DNA of 64,000 nt from an uncultured Candidatus Saccharibacteria bacterium (GCA_964544225.1 CAZIZK010000001.1:207477-271476), one strand, 5' to 3'. Counted from the stretch's first letter, positions 10,212 through 19,523 are shown. A program made the numbers and translations. The notes: generated by a model not told the origin, from the letters alone.

Positions 10212-10613
10212 ATGCAATTTAAAGTTCCACAATTTATCGACATAGAGGACAAGTTATTTGGTCCTTTTACATTCAAGCAATTTACCTATCTGGCCGGAGG
10301 TGGGGGTTTGGTATATGTATTGTATAAATTGTTGCCTATATATCTAGCTATCCCACTGATCATACCGGTTGCAATACTAGCAGGATTGCTAACATTCTAC
10401 AAAATAAATGGCAAACCCTTCCTTTACTACCTACAAGCAAGTATTACATACGCGGTAAAGAGCAAGCTGTATGTATGGAAGCAACGTTTGGAAAAACCAG
10501 AAATGAAGAAAGAGGTTCCCAGCTTGCCCAACCAGACATCTGTTGTGCCTACGCTTTCAGGTAGCAGACTAAAGGATTTATCGTGGAGCCTCGATGTTCT
10601 GGATAAAAAGTAA
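10212..10613 (+). CDS. Small two-TM membrane protein, PrgI/VirB3-like (T4SS inner-membrane component).
   Basis: 133 aa with two hydrophobic helices (LAGGGGLVYVLYKLLPIYLAIPLIIPVAILAGLLTF). Sits immediately upstream of VirB4-like genes, as in Gram-positive T4SS operons. Confidence 0.4.
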   Translation: MQFKVPQFIDIEDKLFGPFTFKQFTYLAGGGGLVYVLYKLLPIYLAIPLIIPVAILAGLLTFYKINGKPFLYYLQASITYAVKSKLYVWKQRLEKPEMKKEVPSLPNQTSVVPTLSGSRLKDLSWSLDVLDKK

Positions 10614-10658
10614 TTTCCCACTTATAAATTAAACCTTTTACATGTTACAATAAATATT

Positions 10659-11306
10659 ATGGCTCTGGATGCAAGAAGATCACAAGAATTTGTTCCAATA
10701 AAAGAAGTTCGCGATGGTATCATTATTTTAAAAGATGGTGGGCTTCGTGCTGTATTGGTAGCTTCTTCTATCAACCTATCTCTAAAGTCTAGCGACGAAC
10801 AGAAGGCGGTTATAGCCAACTTTCAAAACTTTCTAAACGGGCTCGACTTTTCTATACAGATAGTGGTCCAGTCACGTAGGCTCGATATCCGCCCTTATCT
10901 ACTAACTCTAGAAGAGAGGATGAAAGTCCAAGTAGAACCCCTGATCAAGATCCAGACAAAGGAATATATGGACTTTATCCAATCTTTTACAAATGAAGTA
11001 AACATTATGACAAAGAGCTTCTTTGTAGTGGTGCCATATAGTGGTAGTACATTTAAATCCGACGAGAGTATTGTCGAGAAGGTGTTAGATATGAAGAAGG
11101 CAAAGAAGGGTAGCACAAAGAAAGAGGAGGACCTAGCAAGTTTCGAGGAGAAGAGGTCACAATTGGACCAGCGTATTGCTATGATAAGCCAGGGTTTGGG
11201 TGGGTTTGGAGTTCGTAGTTCACAGCTTGGCACAGAGGAGATAATCGAGATGTTCTACAAGACATTCAACCCCGGTGATATTAGTCAGGGTATTAAATTA
11301 GAATAA
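10659..11306 (+). CDS. VirB4 N-terminal-domain-like protein (215 aa). Possibly the N-terminal fragment of a split VirB4.
   Basis: Pattern DGIIILKDGGLRAVLVASSINLSLKSSDEQKAVIANFQNFLNGLDFSIQIVVQSRRLD resembles the N-terminal region of Gram-positive VirB4/TraE-type proteins. It ends 7 nt before, and in a different frame from, the VirB4 ATPase ORF. Confidence 0.4.
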   Translation: MALDARRSQEFVPIKEVRDGIIILKDGGLRAVLVASSINLSLKSSDEQKAVIANFQNFLNGLDFSIQIVVQSRRLDIRPYLLTLEERMKVQVEPLIKIQTKEYMDFIQSFTNEVNIMTKSFFVVVPYSGSTFKSDESIVEKVLDMKKAKKGSTKKEEDLASFEEKRSQLDQRIAMISQGLGGFGVRSSQLGTEEIIEMFYKTFNPGDISQGIKLE

Positions 11307-11313
11307 TTATTAT

Positions 11314-13149
11314 ATGGGAATATTTTCATCAATTTTTGGCTCAAAGAAGACTGACACACCACAAGGCCGTGTTGTTTTACCTGTACTACCAAATGAAATA
11401 TACCAGGCGGCCACACTCGAACTCCAAGACATCATAGCCCCATCTGCGTTACAAATCAGTCCTAAATCACTGAACCTAGGCGACAAGATATCTCGCACAT
11501 TCTTCGTCATATCATACCCACGATACCTAACCGACAACTGGTTCTCACCAATCATTAACCTCGACAAGATATTCGATGTTTCTATATTTATACACCCTAT
11601 CGATACTGGGGAAATACTCCGCTCTTTCCAAAAGAAGGTGGCCGAAGTACAAAGTCAGATATCTATCCGTGAATCAAAAGGCCTCGTTCGTGACCCAATG
11701 CTAGACACTGCATACGGCGACCTCGAGGAACTTCGCAACAACCTGATGCAAGCCCAGGAAAAGATGTTCGATGTAGGCCTATATATCACTATCTATGCTG
11801 ATAATGAAGGCGAATTGTACAAAGCCGAAAACGAGATCAAATCACTACTAGAATCAAAGCTTATATATCTAAAGCCTGCACTTTTCCAACAAGAGGAGGC
11901 TTTTAAAAGTGCTATACCTACAGGCACCGACCTGCTAGAGATAGGGCAGAAATTAAATACTGAACCCCTTTCAAGCGTCTTTCCTTTTGTATCGTTCGAC
12001 CTTACTTCCGACAAGGGCATACTTTATGGAGTAAATAGGCATAACTCGAGCCTTATAATATTTGACCGTTTCTCACTACCAAACTATAACTCTATAACAT
12101 TTGCTACATCTGGTGCTGGTAAGTCATACGCTACAAAGCTCGAGATTATTCGTACACTCATGTTCGATACAGAAGTAATAGTTATCGACCCAGAAAGGGA
12201 GTACGAGTTCCTCGCTGAAGCTGTGGGTGGTAGGTATTTCAATATTGCCCTTTCTTCCGAGCACCATATCAACCCATTTGACCTACCGATACCTAGTGAG
12301 GATGAGACAGGTGCGGATGTCCTACGTTCCAACACTATCAACCTCGTAGGCCTATTCCGCATAATGCTCGGAGGACTAACTCCTGAGGAGGATTCCATTA
12401 TAGACCGTGCTATCACCGAAACATACGCACTCAAAGACATCACAGCCGAGAGCGACTTCCGTAACATCGAACCACCACTGTTGTCCGACTTCGAGATGGT
12501 TTTAGCCGGTATGGAGGGTAGCGAATCTGTAATACAAAGGCTTACTAAATACACTCGTGGAAGCTGGGCATCGTTCCTGAACCAGCCTTCAAATGTAGAT
12601 ATCAATAGGAAGTTCGTAGTGTTCTCAGTGCGCGACATGGAGGACGAGTTGAAGCCAGTAGCCATGTATATAGTCACACACTATATATGGAACGCGATAA
12701 GGAAGAACATAAAGAAACGTCTATTGGTGGTGGACGAGGCTTGGTGGATGATGAAGTCCGAGGACACAGCATCATTCCTATACTCTATAGCAAAGCGTGG
12801 CCGTAAATACTATCTGGGCCTTGCAACTATAACCCAAGACGTAGGCGACTTTATGAAGAGCCCGTATGGTATACCTATAGTTACCAACTCTTCACTCCAG
12901 TTACTACTGAAGCAGTCACCGTCAACTGTGGACCTATTGCAAAAGACTTTCAACCTAACCGATGAGGAGAAGTACCTACTGCTAGAAGCAAATGTAGGGG
13001 AGGGTATATTCTTTGCAGGACTCAAACACGTAGCGGTTAAAACTATCGCATCATATACCGAGGACCAGATCATTACATCTGACCCTTCGCAGATACTAGC
13101 TATAAAGAAGGCAAAGGATGATCTACTTTCGAACGAAACAGGGGCTTAA
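11314..13149 (+). CDS. virB4: Type IV secretion system ATPase, VirB4/TraE/TrsE family.
   Basis: Walker A FATSGAGKSYATK; Walker B LLVVDEAWWMM (the DEAW motif characteristic of VirB4). A CagE/TrbE-like region lies upstream of the P-loop. 611 aa. Confidence 0.8.
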   Translation: MGIFSSIFGSKKTDTPQGRVVLPVLPNEIYQAATLELQDIIAPSALQISPKSLNLGDKISRTFFVISYPRYLTDNWFSPIINLDKIFDVSIFIHPIDTGEILRSFQKKVAEVQSQISIRESKGLVRDPMLDTAYGDLEELRNNLMQAQEKMFDVGLYITIYADNEGELYKAENEIKSLLESKLIYLKPALFQQEEAFKSAIPTGTDLLEIGQKLNTEPLSSVFPFVSFDLTSDKGILYGVNRHNSSLIIFDRFSLPNYNSITFATSGAGKSYATKLEIIRTLMFDTEVIVIDPEREYEFLAEAVGGRYFNIALSSEHHINPFDLPIPSEDETGADVLRSNTINLVGLFRIMLGGLTPEEDSIIDRAITETYALKDITAESDFRNIEPPLLSDFEMVLAGMEGSESVIQRLTKYTRGSWASFLNQPSNVDINRKFVVFSVRDMEDELKPVAMYIVTHYIWNAIRKNIKKRLLVVDEAWWMMKSEDTASFLYSIAKRGRKYYLGLATITQDVGDFMKSPYGIPIVTNSSLQLLLKQSPSTVDLLQKTFNLTDEEKYLLLEANVGEGIFFAGLKHVAVKTIASYTEDQIITSDPSQILAIKKAKDDLLSNETGA

Positions 13150-13188
13150 TTAATTGTTTAGAACCTTTAATTATCGTATAATATAGTA

Positions 13189-14178
13189 GTGAAAAAAAGG
13201 TTGCTACAACTTACACTATTAATACTTATCCTAGTAAGTATTATGCCTATGTCTATAAATGCCGAGGCTCTTCAGGTAACATCTGCAGATATAAATATCG
13301 AGACAATACCCGACAACCCACAGCCCTATACTGACGTAACTATGACTATCACAAGTTATGCAACCGACCTAAATAAGGCCCTAATAACATGGAAGAGTGG
13401 TGACGACACTATACTATCGGGTATTGGTCGTACTAAATACGTTTTTAAAACAGGTGCTCCAAATATCAATACTTCCTTTACAGTATCTATAACACCAGCA
13501 GGGAGCTTTGCTTCTGTTGAAAAGAGCTTTGTAATCAGCCCTTCGGAGGTAGAGATGCTGTGGCAAGCCATTGACTCTTATACACCACCATTCTATAAGG
13601 GCAAGAGCTTCCCCACATCTGAGGGGTCAGTGCGTATTGTAGCTATGCCAAACACTGTGGGTATATCTAGTGGTAGTAACAAAAGTATGGCGTACTATTG
13701 GAAGCTGAACTACGATAGCGCCCAGGATGCATCGGGGTATGGCAAGGATTCCTTTACCTACAAGAACAGTTATCTAAATGATACCGATCATATTGGGGTA
13801 TCGGTATCTACAACCAATGGTTCCTACACAGGCAATGGCACAATAGACATACCTATGTACAATCCAGAGATGATCTTCTACAAGAAGTCTCCAACTGAAG
13901 GTATAAAGTACAACGAGGCTGTAACAGGCGAAGTCTACATGAATGAGGACGAGATGACTCTTGTAGCGGAGCCATACTTCCTAAACAATTCAAACGGTAC
14001 AAATGATCTAACTTATAAATGGAAGATAAACAACAACGACATCAGTACACCACGCAACCCTCGCGAACTGACAGTCCGCCCTACATCACGTGGGGGATAC
14101 GCCAACATAAATATTTCTATAAGTAGTATTAGTAAACTATTCCAAAACATTAATAAGTCTATAAAAATTAATCTGTAA
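13189..14178 (+). CDS. Secreted hypothetical protein (signal peptide) in the T4SS-like island.
   Basis: N-terminal MKKRLLQLTLLILILVSIMPMSINAEA signal. 329-aa ORF. Confidence 0.5.
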   Translation: MKKRLLQLTLLILILVSIMPMSINAEALQVTSADINIETIPDNPQPYTDVTMTITSYATDLNKALITWKSGDDTILSGIGRTKYVFKTGAPNINTSFTVSITPAGSFASVEKSFVISPSEVEMLWQAIDSYTPPFYKGKSFPTSEGSVRIVAMPNTVGISSGSNKSMAYYWKLNYDSAQDASGYGKDSFTYKNSYLNDTDHIGVSVSTTNGSYTGNGTIDIPMYNPEMIFYKKSPTEGIKYNEAVTGEVYMNEDEMTLVAEPYFLNNSNGTNDLTYKWKINNNDISTPRNPRELTVRPTSRGGYANINISISSISKLFQNINKSIKINL

Positions 14179-14183
14179 AAATA

Positions 14184-14611
14184 ATTAATGAAAAAAATAT
14201 TATTAATAATATTTATAGCAATAGCATTTTTAGGAAATTTTAATATTTCAAGTGCTGAATTCTTGGACCCTATACAAACACAAGCTGTACAAGAAGACTA
14301 TAGTTTATTGGCACCAATTCCAGGTGTAAATAAAATAGATAATACGAATACACTAGGCACATATCTTAACTTTTTCTTTAAATTCGCTATATCTGTGTGT
14401 GCTGGATTGGCAGTACTTATGATAGTTATATACGGGGTACAGTATATGGGAGATGGGTCAGTATTTGGCCATACAGAAGCAAAGAGTAAAATAGGTTCTG
14501 CTATTATGGGATTATTGTTAGCACTTGGTGCATATGCACTACTAAATACTATTAACCCAGATCTGGTGGGGAGTAATGGTATAAAGATTAAACAGGTGAC
14601 GATAAAACTCC
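14184..14611. repeat. Direct repeat copy 1 (~428 bp, 100% identical to 15100..15527). It covers the 5' 141 codons of the first hydrolase-like gene plus 4 bp upstream.
   Basis: Nucleotide-by-nucleotide comparison of the two segments in the sequence shows no difference. Divergence begins right after ...gtgacgataa. Confidence 0.85.
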
Positions 14612-15099
14612 AGTCGATGGATATCCCTCAAGAAGTACAAAAAGATGGAACATATGTTGGAACAACTTATAAAAAGGGTGAAATTTGGCCAGACGATCAA
14701 AAAACAAGAGATGACTTAAAAAAAATAAATATTTCAGTTTCTCCAACAAAATGCACAACAGTAGGACAAAGTGGTTGTACAACTGTTTACGGATTAAACA
14801 CTGCTTTTGTTTCAAAGTTAAAAACAACTTGCCCAACTTGTGATATAACCATAACAGAAGGTACTGGATTTTGGAAACACATAGCTAATGTGTATAAAAT
14901 ACATTATCCGGGTGGGTGGACTGTAGACATGCGTCAAACAACAACACTTTCTACATTTATACACTCAAAACCAAAAACTCCTTTTAGTTGGGGAATTTGT
15001 TATGATATTGGTAATGGTTTAGGTATAGTGGAAGAAAAAGACCATTTCCATGCATTTAGCTTAACAGGTGGATGTAATACTTCTAAGCAAGGTGTTTAA
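14188..15099 (+). CDS. Membrane-anchored putative peptidoglycan peptidase (LAS/M15-like zinc peptidase signature). N-terminus has a signal peptide plus two hydrophobic helices, i.e. VirB2/TrbC-pilin-like topology.
   Basis: The N-terminal 141 aa are shared identically with the next gene. The C-terminal domain has H-x7-D (IHYPGGWTVD) and HxH (DHFHAF) spacings reminiscent of LAS-family D,D/L,D-peptidases. Tentative. Confidence 0.5.
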   Translation: MKKILLIIFIAIAFLGNFNISSAEFLDPIQTQAVQEDYSLLAPIPGVNKIDNTNTLGTYLNFFFKFAISVCAGLAVLMIVIYGVQYMGDGSVFGHTEAKSKIGSAIMGLLLALGAYALLNTINPDLVGSNGIKIKQVTIKLQSMDIPQEVQKDGTYVGTTYKKGEIWPDDQKTRDDLKKINISVSPTKCTTVGQSGCTTVYGLNTAFVSKLKTTCPTCDITITEGTGFWKHIANVYKIHYPGGWTVDMRQTTTLSTFIHSKPKTPFSWGICYDIGNGLGIVEEKDHFHAFSLTGGCNTSKQGV

Positions 15100-15527
15100 T
15101 AATATGAAAAAAATATTATTAATAATATTTATAGCAATAGCATTTTTAGGAAATTTTAATATTTCAAGTGCTGAATTCTTGGACCCTATACAAACACAAG
15201 CTGTACAAGAAGACTATAGTTTATTGGCACCAATTCCAGGTGTAAATAAAATAGATAATACGAATACACTAGGCACATATCTTAACTTTTTCTTTAAATT
15301 CGCTATATCTGTGTGTGCTGGATTGGCAGTACTTATGATAGTTATATACGGGGTACAGTATATGGGAGATGGGTCAGTATTTGGCCATACAGAAGCAAAG
15401 AGTAAAATAGGTTCTGCTATTATGGGATTATTGTTAGCACTTGGTGCATATGCACTACTAAATACTATTAACCCAGATCTGGTGGGGAGTAATGGTATAA
15501 AGATTAAACAGGTGACGATAACTCTTT
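15100..15527. repeat. Direct repeat copy 2 (~428 bp, 100% identical to 14184..14611).
   Basis: See copy 1. Confidence 0.85.
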
Positions 15528-16213
15528 CTCCAGGTCAACAATACAGATTGTCTGAAACCCAAGCCACAACAAAAAAGTTTGCTAGGACTAAATACTATGA
15601 CACAATAAAAGCAACTGCTGCAAAAAAGGAGTACAACATTCCACACTGTTTGTTGCAAGTTGCAATACAAAGAGAGTCTGGTGGGGTAGCAGGTTTAGTT
15701 GGTCACGACGAAGAAGCTCCTGCTTTTGGTATCCCGTCCAGAAAGAATTTTGTAAATTCAGGTAAAAAGTATAGCGGGACAACATTTACATCTAGCCAAT
15801 CATTAATAACAGACAGGGGGTTCCATAACGACGATCATAAGGGAAATAATTTATTCTCTGCTTCCAAGCCAACAGCTGTTGATTTAGGGTTGGATTGGCG
15901 ATATTCACATGCAATAGGTATGTTTGGGGTAACATTTTACCCAGCAGGGGAAAGTTATGGTGATTATACTAAAGGTATATATATGGTAATATTAAAAAAG
16001 ACAGTCTTCCCAAAAGATTTGTTTAATACTAATACAGATATATTAGTAGCTGCTGAAATGATGAGTAGTAACTACAAACTTTGTAATAATAATGTGGAGC
16101 AAACATATAGGAAATATGGCTCTGGTCGTTGTGATGGGAGTAATGCATTTACTAATGTAGAAGCCCCTCTTAGAAAGAATTTATACGATCAGTGCGTAGC
16201 TCAAGATAAATAA
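15104..16213 (+). CDS. Membrane-anchored putative lytic transglycosylase (VirB1/SLT-like) sharing its N-terminal module with the preceding gene.
   Basis: Identical N-terminal 141 aa. C-terminal region IQRESGG...AIGMFGV resembles the SLT catalytic Glu and GLMQ-type motifs. The ORF-track start at 15068 is an upstream extension; the true start is inferred at the conserved MKKILL (15104). Confidence 0.5.
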   Translation: MKKILLIIFIAIAFLGNFNISSAEFLDPIQTQAVQEDYSLLAPIPGVNKIDNTNTLGTYLNFFFKFAISVCAGLAVLMIVIYGVQYMGDGSVFGHTEAKSKIGSAIMGLLLALGAYALLNTINPDLVGSNGIKIKQVTITLSPGQQYRLSETQATTKKFARTKYYDTIKATAAKKEYNIPHCLLQVAIQRESGGVAGLVGHDEEAPAFGIPSRKNFVNSGKKYSGTTFTSSQSLITDRGFHNDDHKGNNLFSASKPTAVDLGLDWRYSHAIGMFGVTFYPAGESYGDYTKGIYMVILKKTVFPKDLFNTNTDILVAAEMMSSNYKLCNNNVEQTYRKYGSGRCDGSNAFTNVEAPLRKNLYDQCVAQDK

Positions 16214-16214
16214 A

Positions 16215-17537
16215 ATGAAAAAAACAATTATCATTATAATACTTATACTAGCCACCGCAGGTGGGACACTTTGGTATATACAAAGTAAACAAGCTACAAA
16301 TAATACGAGTACCACTGACACTGGTACAGGATTTTTGAAATCTTTCTTTTCTTTCAATCAAAACAATACTTCAAACACAACAACTGATACTAACAGTACA
16401 GATGGCACAGGCACTGATACGGAAACAGGGGATGCAACAGATACCGAAACACCAAATACCACAAATACTAATAAACTTGTTCAAGTAACTGACTTTCCAA
16501 TATCAGGCCTTGCTAGCTTTATCGACACACGCCCTCTACCAGAAAGTGCTATCCCAGTAACAACTACACCAGTAAAAGATGCAAAGGGTAAGATTGTGCA
16601 GGCAAAAGTTATAGCCCCATCAGTCGAATCTGTATCTGCATTACGATATGCAGCCCGTGCAAATGGCCATATATATAGCCAGTACCTAGACACTGGTGCA
16701 AGTGCAAAGATATCTAACGCAACCATTCCAAGTATTTACGAAACATATTTCGGTGACAATGGTAAGGCTGTGGTGTATAGATACCTAAACAACAACGACC
16801 AAACTATCCAAACATTTCTAACACATACCGATGGGTCAAAGGGTGACTTTCTTCAGGAAGATATCTCTGGTATTGCAATATCACCAGACAGTAATTCACT
16901 CTTCTACCTGGCACCGCTTGGTAGTAATGTGGCAGGGTACTATATGAACTTTAAAGACAACAACAAGATACAGGTATTCACATCTGCATTTACCGAGTGG
17001 CTACCACAGTGGGCAGGGACTTCTACTATATTCCTAACTACAAAGCCTTCTTGGGACACTGTAGGCTCTATATACGCTACAAATATTGGGAAGAACAACT
17101 TTATAAAAGTATTTAGTGGGTTAAAAGGTTTAACGACTCTTGCATCTAATAATGCAGCCAATATCCTATATAGCAGTACTTCCAATATTGGCCCCGAGCT
17201 CGGTGTATACAATATCGACAAGCATGAGTTCACAAAGCTACCTGTAAGAACACTCGCAGACAAATGCGTATGGAGTCGTGATGGAGTACGTGCATATTGT
17301 GCAAAGCCAAATAATATAGAGGGTAATAAGTACCCAGACAATTGGTACAAAGGAATCGTGTCATTTAATGACAGTATTATATCTATAGACACTGCTAACA
17401 AATCATACTCTACTTTAGTAAATACAGAAGATGTACAAGCAATAGATGCGATCAACCTAACACTTTCCCAAGACGAGAAGATATTGTTCTTCTTAAACAA
17501 AAAAGACTCCACAATGTGGAGGCTAGACCTAGAATAG
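16215..17537 (+). CDS. Membrane-anchored protein with a Thr/Asp-rich linker and a possible beta-propeller (TolB/PD40-like) C-terminal region.
   Basis: N-terminal TM (IIIIILILATAGGTLWY), low-complexity TDT repeats, and recurring SPD/SRDG-type motifs. Weak assignment. Confidence 0.45.
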   Translation: MKKTIIIIILILATAGGTLWYIQSKQATNNTSTTDTGTGFLKSFFSFNQNNTSNTTTDTNSTDGTGTDTETGDATDTETPNTTNTNKLVQVTDFPISGLASFIDTRPLPESAIPVTTTPVKDAKGKIVQAKVIAPSVESVSALRYAARANGHIYSQYLDTGASAKISNATIPSIYETYFGDNGKAVVYRYLNNNDQTIQTFLTHTDGSKGDFLQEDISGIAISPDSNSLFYLAPLGSNVAGYYMNFKDNNKIQVFTSAFTEWLPQWAGTSTIFLTTKPSWDTVGSIYATNIGKNNFIKVFSGLKGLTTLASNNAANILYSSTSNIGPELGVYNIDKHEFTKLPVRTLADKCVWSRDGVRAYCAKPNNIEGNKYPDNWYKGIVSFNDSIISIDTANKSYSTLVNTEDVQAIDAINLTLSQDEKILFFLNKKDSTMWRLDLE

Positions 17538-17545
17538 GGGATAGA

Positions 17546-17577
17546 AAAAGAGGAGACTAAATCTCCTCTTTTTCTTT
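17546..17577. terminator. Bidirectional hairpin (aaaaagaggagactaaatctcctcttttt) between convergent genes.
   Basis: GC-rich stem flanked by A/T runs on both sides, between the 16215..17537(+) gene and the 3' end of jag(-). Confidence 0.55.
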
Positions 17578-18024
17578 GTATTTAATTACTACGTGTCTAC
17601 CTGGGCCCATACCTGCTGACTCTGTAACAATGTCTGGAATATTCTCTAGAAACATATGCACAATACGGCGTTCGTATGCTGGCATTGGCTCGAGCTCTAC
17701 ACTGTTCTTGAAATACCTTGCTCGCTCAGCTAGCATATGTGCTGTGGTCTTTAGGCTGTCGAAGCGCTTCTTATTATAACCATTTATATCTATCATTAAC
17801 ATTCCGGCTTCATCTTCGGATACAGTCTTCTCTATCATCTTACGGACAAGGTGGTTGAGTGATCGTAGGGTCTCACCCTCACGGCCAATCATGTATCGTG
17901 AGTCAGGTGTAGATATGGAACACCATATCATGGAACCCTCATCGGTAAATTCACAGGATGTGAGGGTACACGCTGTGTGTTTGAATATATCCTCTATTAT
18001 ATTTTTTATATAATCTTTATCCAT
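17557..18024 (-). CDS. khpB: Jag/KhpB RNA-binding protein (KH + R3H domains).
   Basis: GREGETLRSLNHLV (KH-like) and ERRIVHMFL...ESAGMGPGRHVVI (R3H). Canonical position next to yidC. Confidence 0.8.
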   Translation of the reverse strand: MDKDYIKNIIEDIFKHTACTLTSCEFTDEGSMIWCSISTPDSRYMIGREGETLRSLNHLVRKMIEKTVSEDEAGMLMIDINGYNKKRFDSLKTTAHMLAERARYFKNSVELEPMPAYERRIVHMFLENIPDIVTESAGMGPGRHVVIKYKEKEEI

Positions 18025-18037
18025 ATATTTTATAAAT

Positions 18038-18799
18038 TTATTTTACTTCTACGGCCTTTACCATAATAGTTCCATCCTCTTTCTTTAAGCTCCTCTTTAC
18101 ATACCACTCTTGGATTATTGTAAACACGTTACTTGTAACCCAATACAAAGCCACAGCTGCAGATATCTTGTAAGCTATAAAAGCTATAAATATAGGTAGT
18201 ATGTATTTCACATTCATGGACATACTGTCAGACATTTGTTCTTGGAAAGTCTTTGCCTTGGCTGGTATTGTTGGGTCAGCTTTTGGCTTCTTTGGAAACA
18301 TCAGGTATCCTTGGACAAATTGTGACACACCAGCAAGTATTGCAAGTACTAATGACTTGCCATGTATATCTATAACACCAAGGAACATTGTGTGTAAGTT
18401 CGTAGGCATACTAACGAATGAGTATAGCGGGTCAGTGCCAAGGGCCAAGCCTTTATAGAAAGCGTAATATAGGGCAAATATCACAGGAAGCTGTATCAGT
18501 AGAACAAGGCATCCAGAAAATGGGTTAACTTTGTATTGTTTATATAATTCGAAAGTCTTCTTTGCTTGTTCTTCTTTGTTTGGGTAATCTTCCTTGATCT
18601 TTTTGAGCATTGGCTCGATCTTCTTCATTAGAAACTGGCTACGGATAGACTTCTTTGAAAGAGGGAATAGTATAAGCTTTACAATAATAGTAAGGATTAT
18701 TACAGCAAAACCAACATCACCAAAGGTAATATTGTCTATAATAAAGATAAGTGCGTTATAAATAGGTTGATAAAATAGATTAGTCCAAATTGTTTGCAT
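18038..18799 (-). CDS. yidC: Membrane protein insertase YidC (short form).
   Basis: 253-aa polytopic membrane protein in the conserved rpmH-rnpA-yidD-yidC-jag array. Confidence 0.85.
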   Translation of the reverse strand: MQTIWTNLFYQPIYNALIFIIDNITFGDVGFAVIILTIIVKLILFPLSKKSIRSQFLMKKIEPMLKKIKEDYPNKEEQAKKTFELYKQYKVNPFSGCLVLLIQLPVIFALYYAFYKGLALGTDPLYSFVSMPTNLHTMFLGVIDIHGKSLVLAILAGVSQFVQGYLMFPKKPKADPTIPAKAKTFQEQMSDSMSMNVKYILPIFIAFIAYKISAAVALYWVTSNVFTIIQEWYVKRSLKKEDGTIMVKAVEVK

Positions 18800-18842
18800 T
18801 CAACCATTGTAACGCAATAAAGTCTAAAATCAAAATATTTCT

Positions 18843-19049
18843 TTATTTTAAAGGGTCTAAACGGTTTTTCTGCCACGGGTGGCAACGAAGAATCCTTTCC
18901 ACACCTTTATACACACCTTTAAAAGACCCATATTTCTCAATAGCCTGTTTGGTATATTCCGAGCAAGTTGGCACAAAAACACATGCATAGTGGGCACGGG
19001 TTGGGGTCTTTTGGTATATATTTATAAGCCAGATTAGTAATTTTTTCAA
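18843..19049 (-). CDS. yidD: Membrane protein insertion efficiency factor YidD.
   Basis: PTCSEY motif. ~68 aa. Confidence 0.8.
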   Translation of the reverse strand: MKKLLIWLINIYQKTPTRAHYACVFVPTCSEYTKQAIEKYGSFKGVYKGVERILRCHPWQKNRLDPLK

Positions 19050-19050
19050 T

Positions 19051-19380
19051 TTAAGCCTTTATTTTAGGGAATAATTGGGTCAGGTCGGCCTTGATTTCAG
19101 GAAAAGTGGCTTCTTTTGCCTGTTTTTTATAAAAAACTATATAAATAAAGCCTTTTTTAGGATTTATACCCGACATAGCCCTATAACCCTGTCTTCGCAG
19201 GGAAATACGCTTTGAAGCCAGCTTGGCTATGGATTTCGGGGCTACAAAAGCTAATTTATAGTCCGAATTACCAGAAAAAGCCTTATAACGCAAAGTAAAA
19301 AGAGGGCTATGTAGAACATTGCCTTCTTTTATTACAGAATCGAATAACCCTTTTGTTACCCGTCTATCCTTTGAAATCAT
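19051..19380 (-). CDS. rnpA: Ribonuclease P protein component RnpA.
   Basis: Basic ~109-aa protein immediately downstream of rpmH. Confidence 0.75.
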   Translation of the reverse strand: MISKDRRVTKGLFDSVIKEGNVLHSPLFTLRYKAFSGNSDYKLAFVAPKSIAKLASKRISLRRQGYRAMSGINPKKGFIYIVFYKKQAKEATFPEIKADLTQLFPKIKA

Positions 19381-19382
19381 GA

Positions 19383-19523
19383 CTATTTTGAGACTGTGAG
19401 TTTTGCACGACCCTTTTGGCGTCGACGAGCAAGTATCTTGTTACCACCAGCTGTCTTTGTACGAGTCAGGAAGCCGTGAGTCTTTGCTCTTTTTCTTTTG
19501 TTTGGTTGGTATGTTTGAGACAT
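19383..19523 (-). CDS. rpmH: 50S ribosomal protein L34.
   Basis: [46 protein letters not shown]. The ORF-track start at 19574 is an upstream extension; the real start is at the MSQ Met. Confidence 0.9.
   Translation of the reverse strand: MSQTYQPNKRKRAKTHGFLTRTKTAGGNKILARRRQKGRAKLTVSK

Noticed and set aside
12084-12677. Minus-strand 197-aa ORF inside the VirB4 ATPase gene
   Set aside because: Shadow ORF opposite a CDS with strong Walker motifs. Its Ser/Ile-rich composition mirrors the sense strand.
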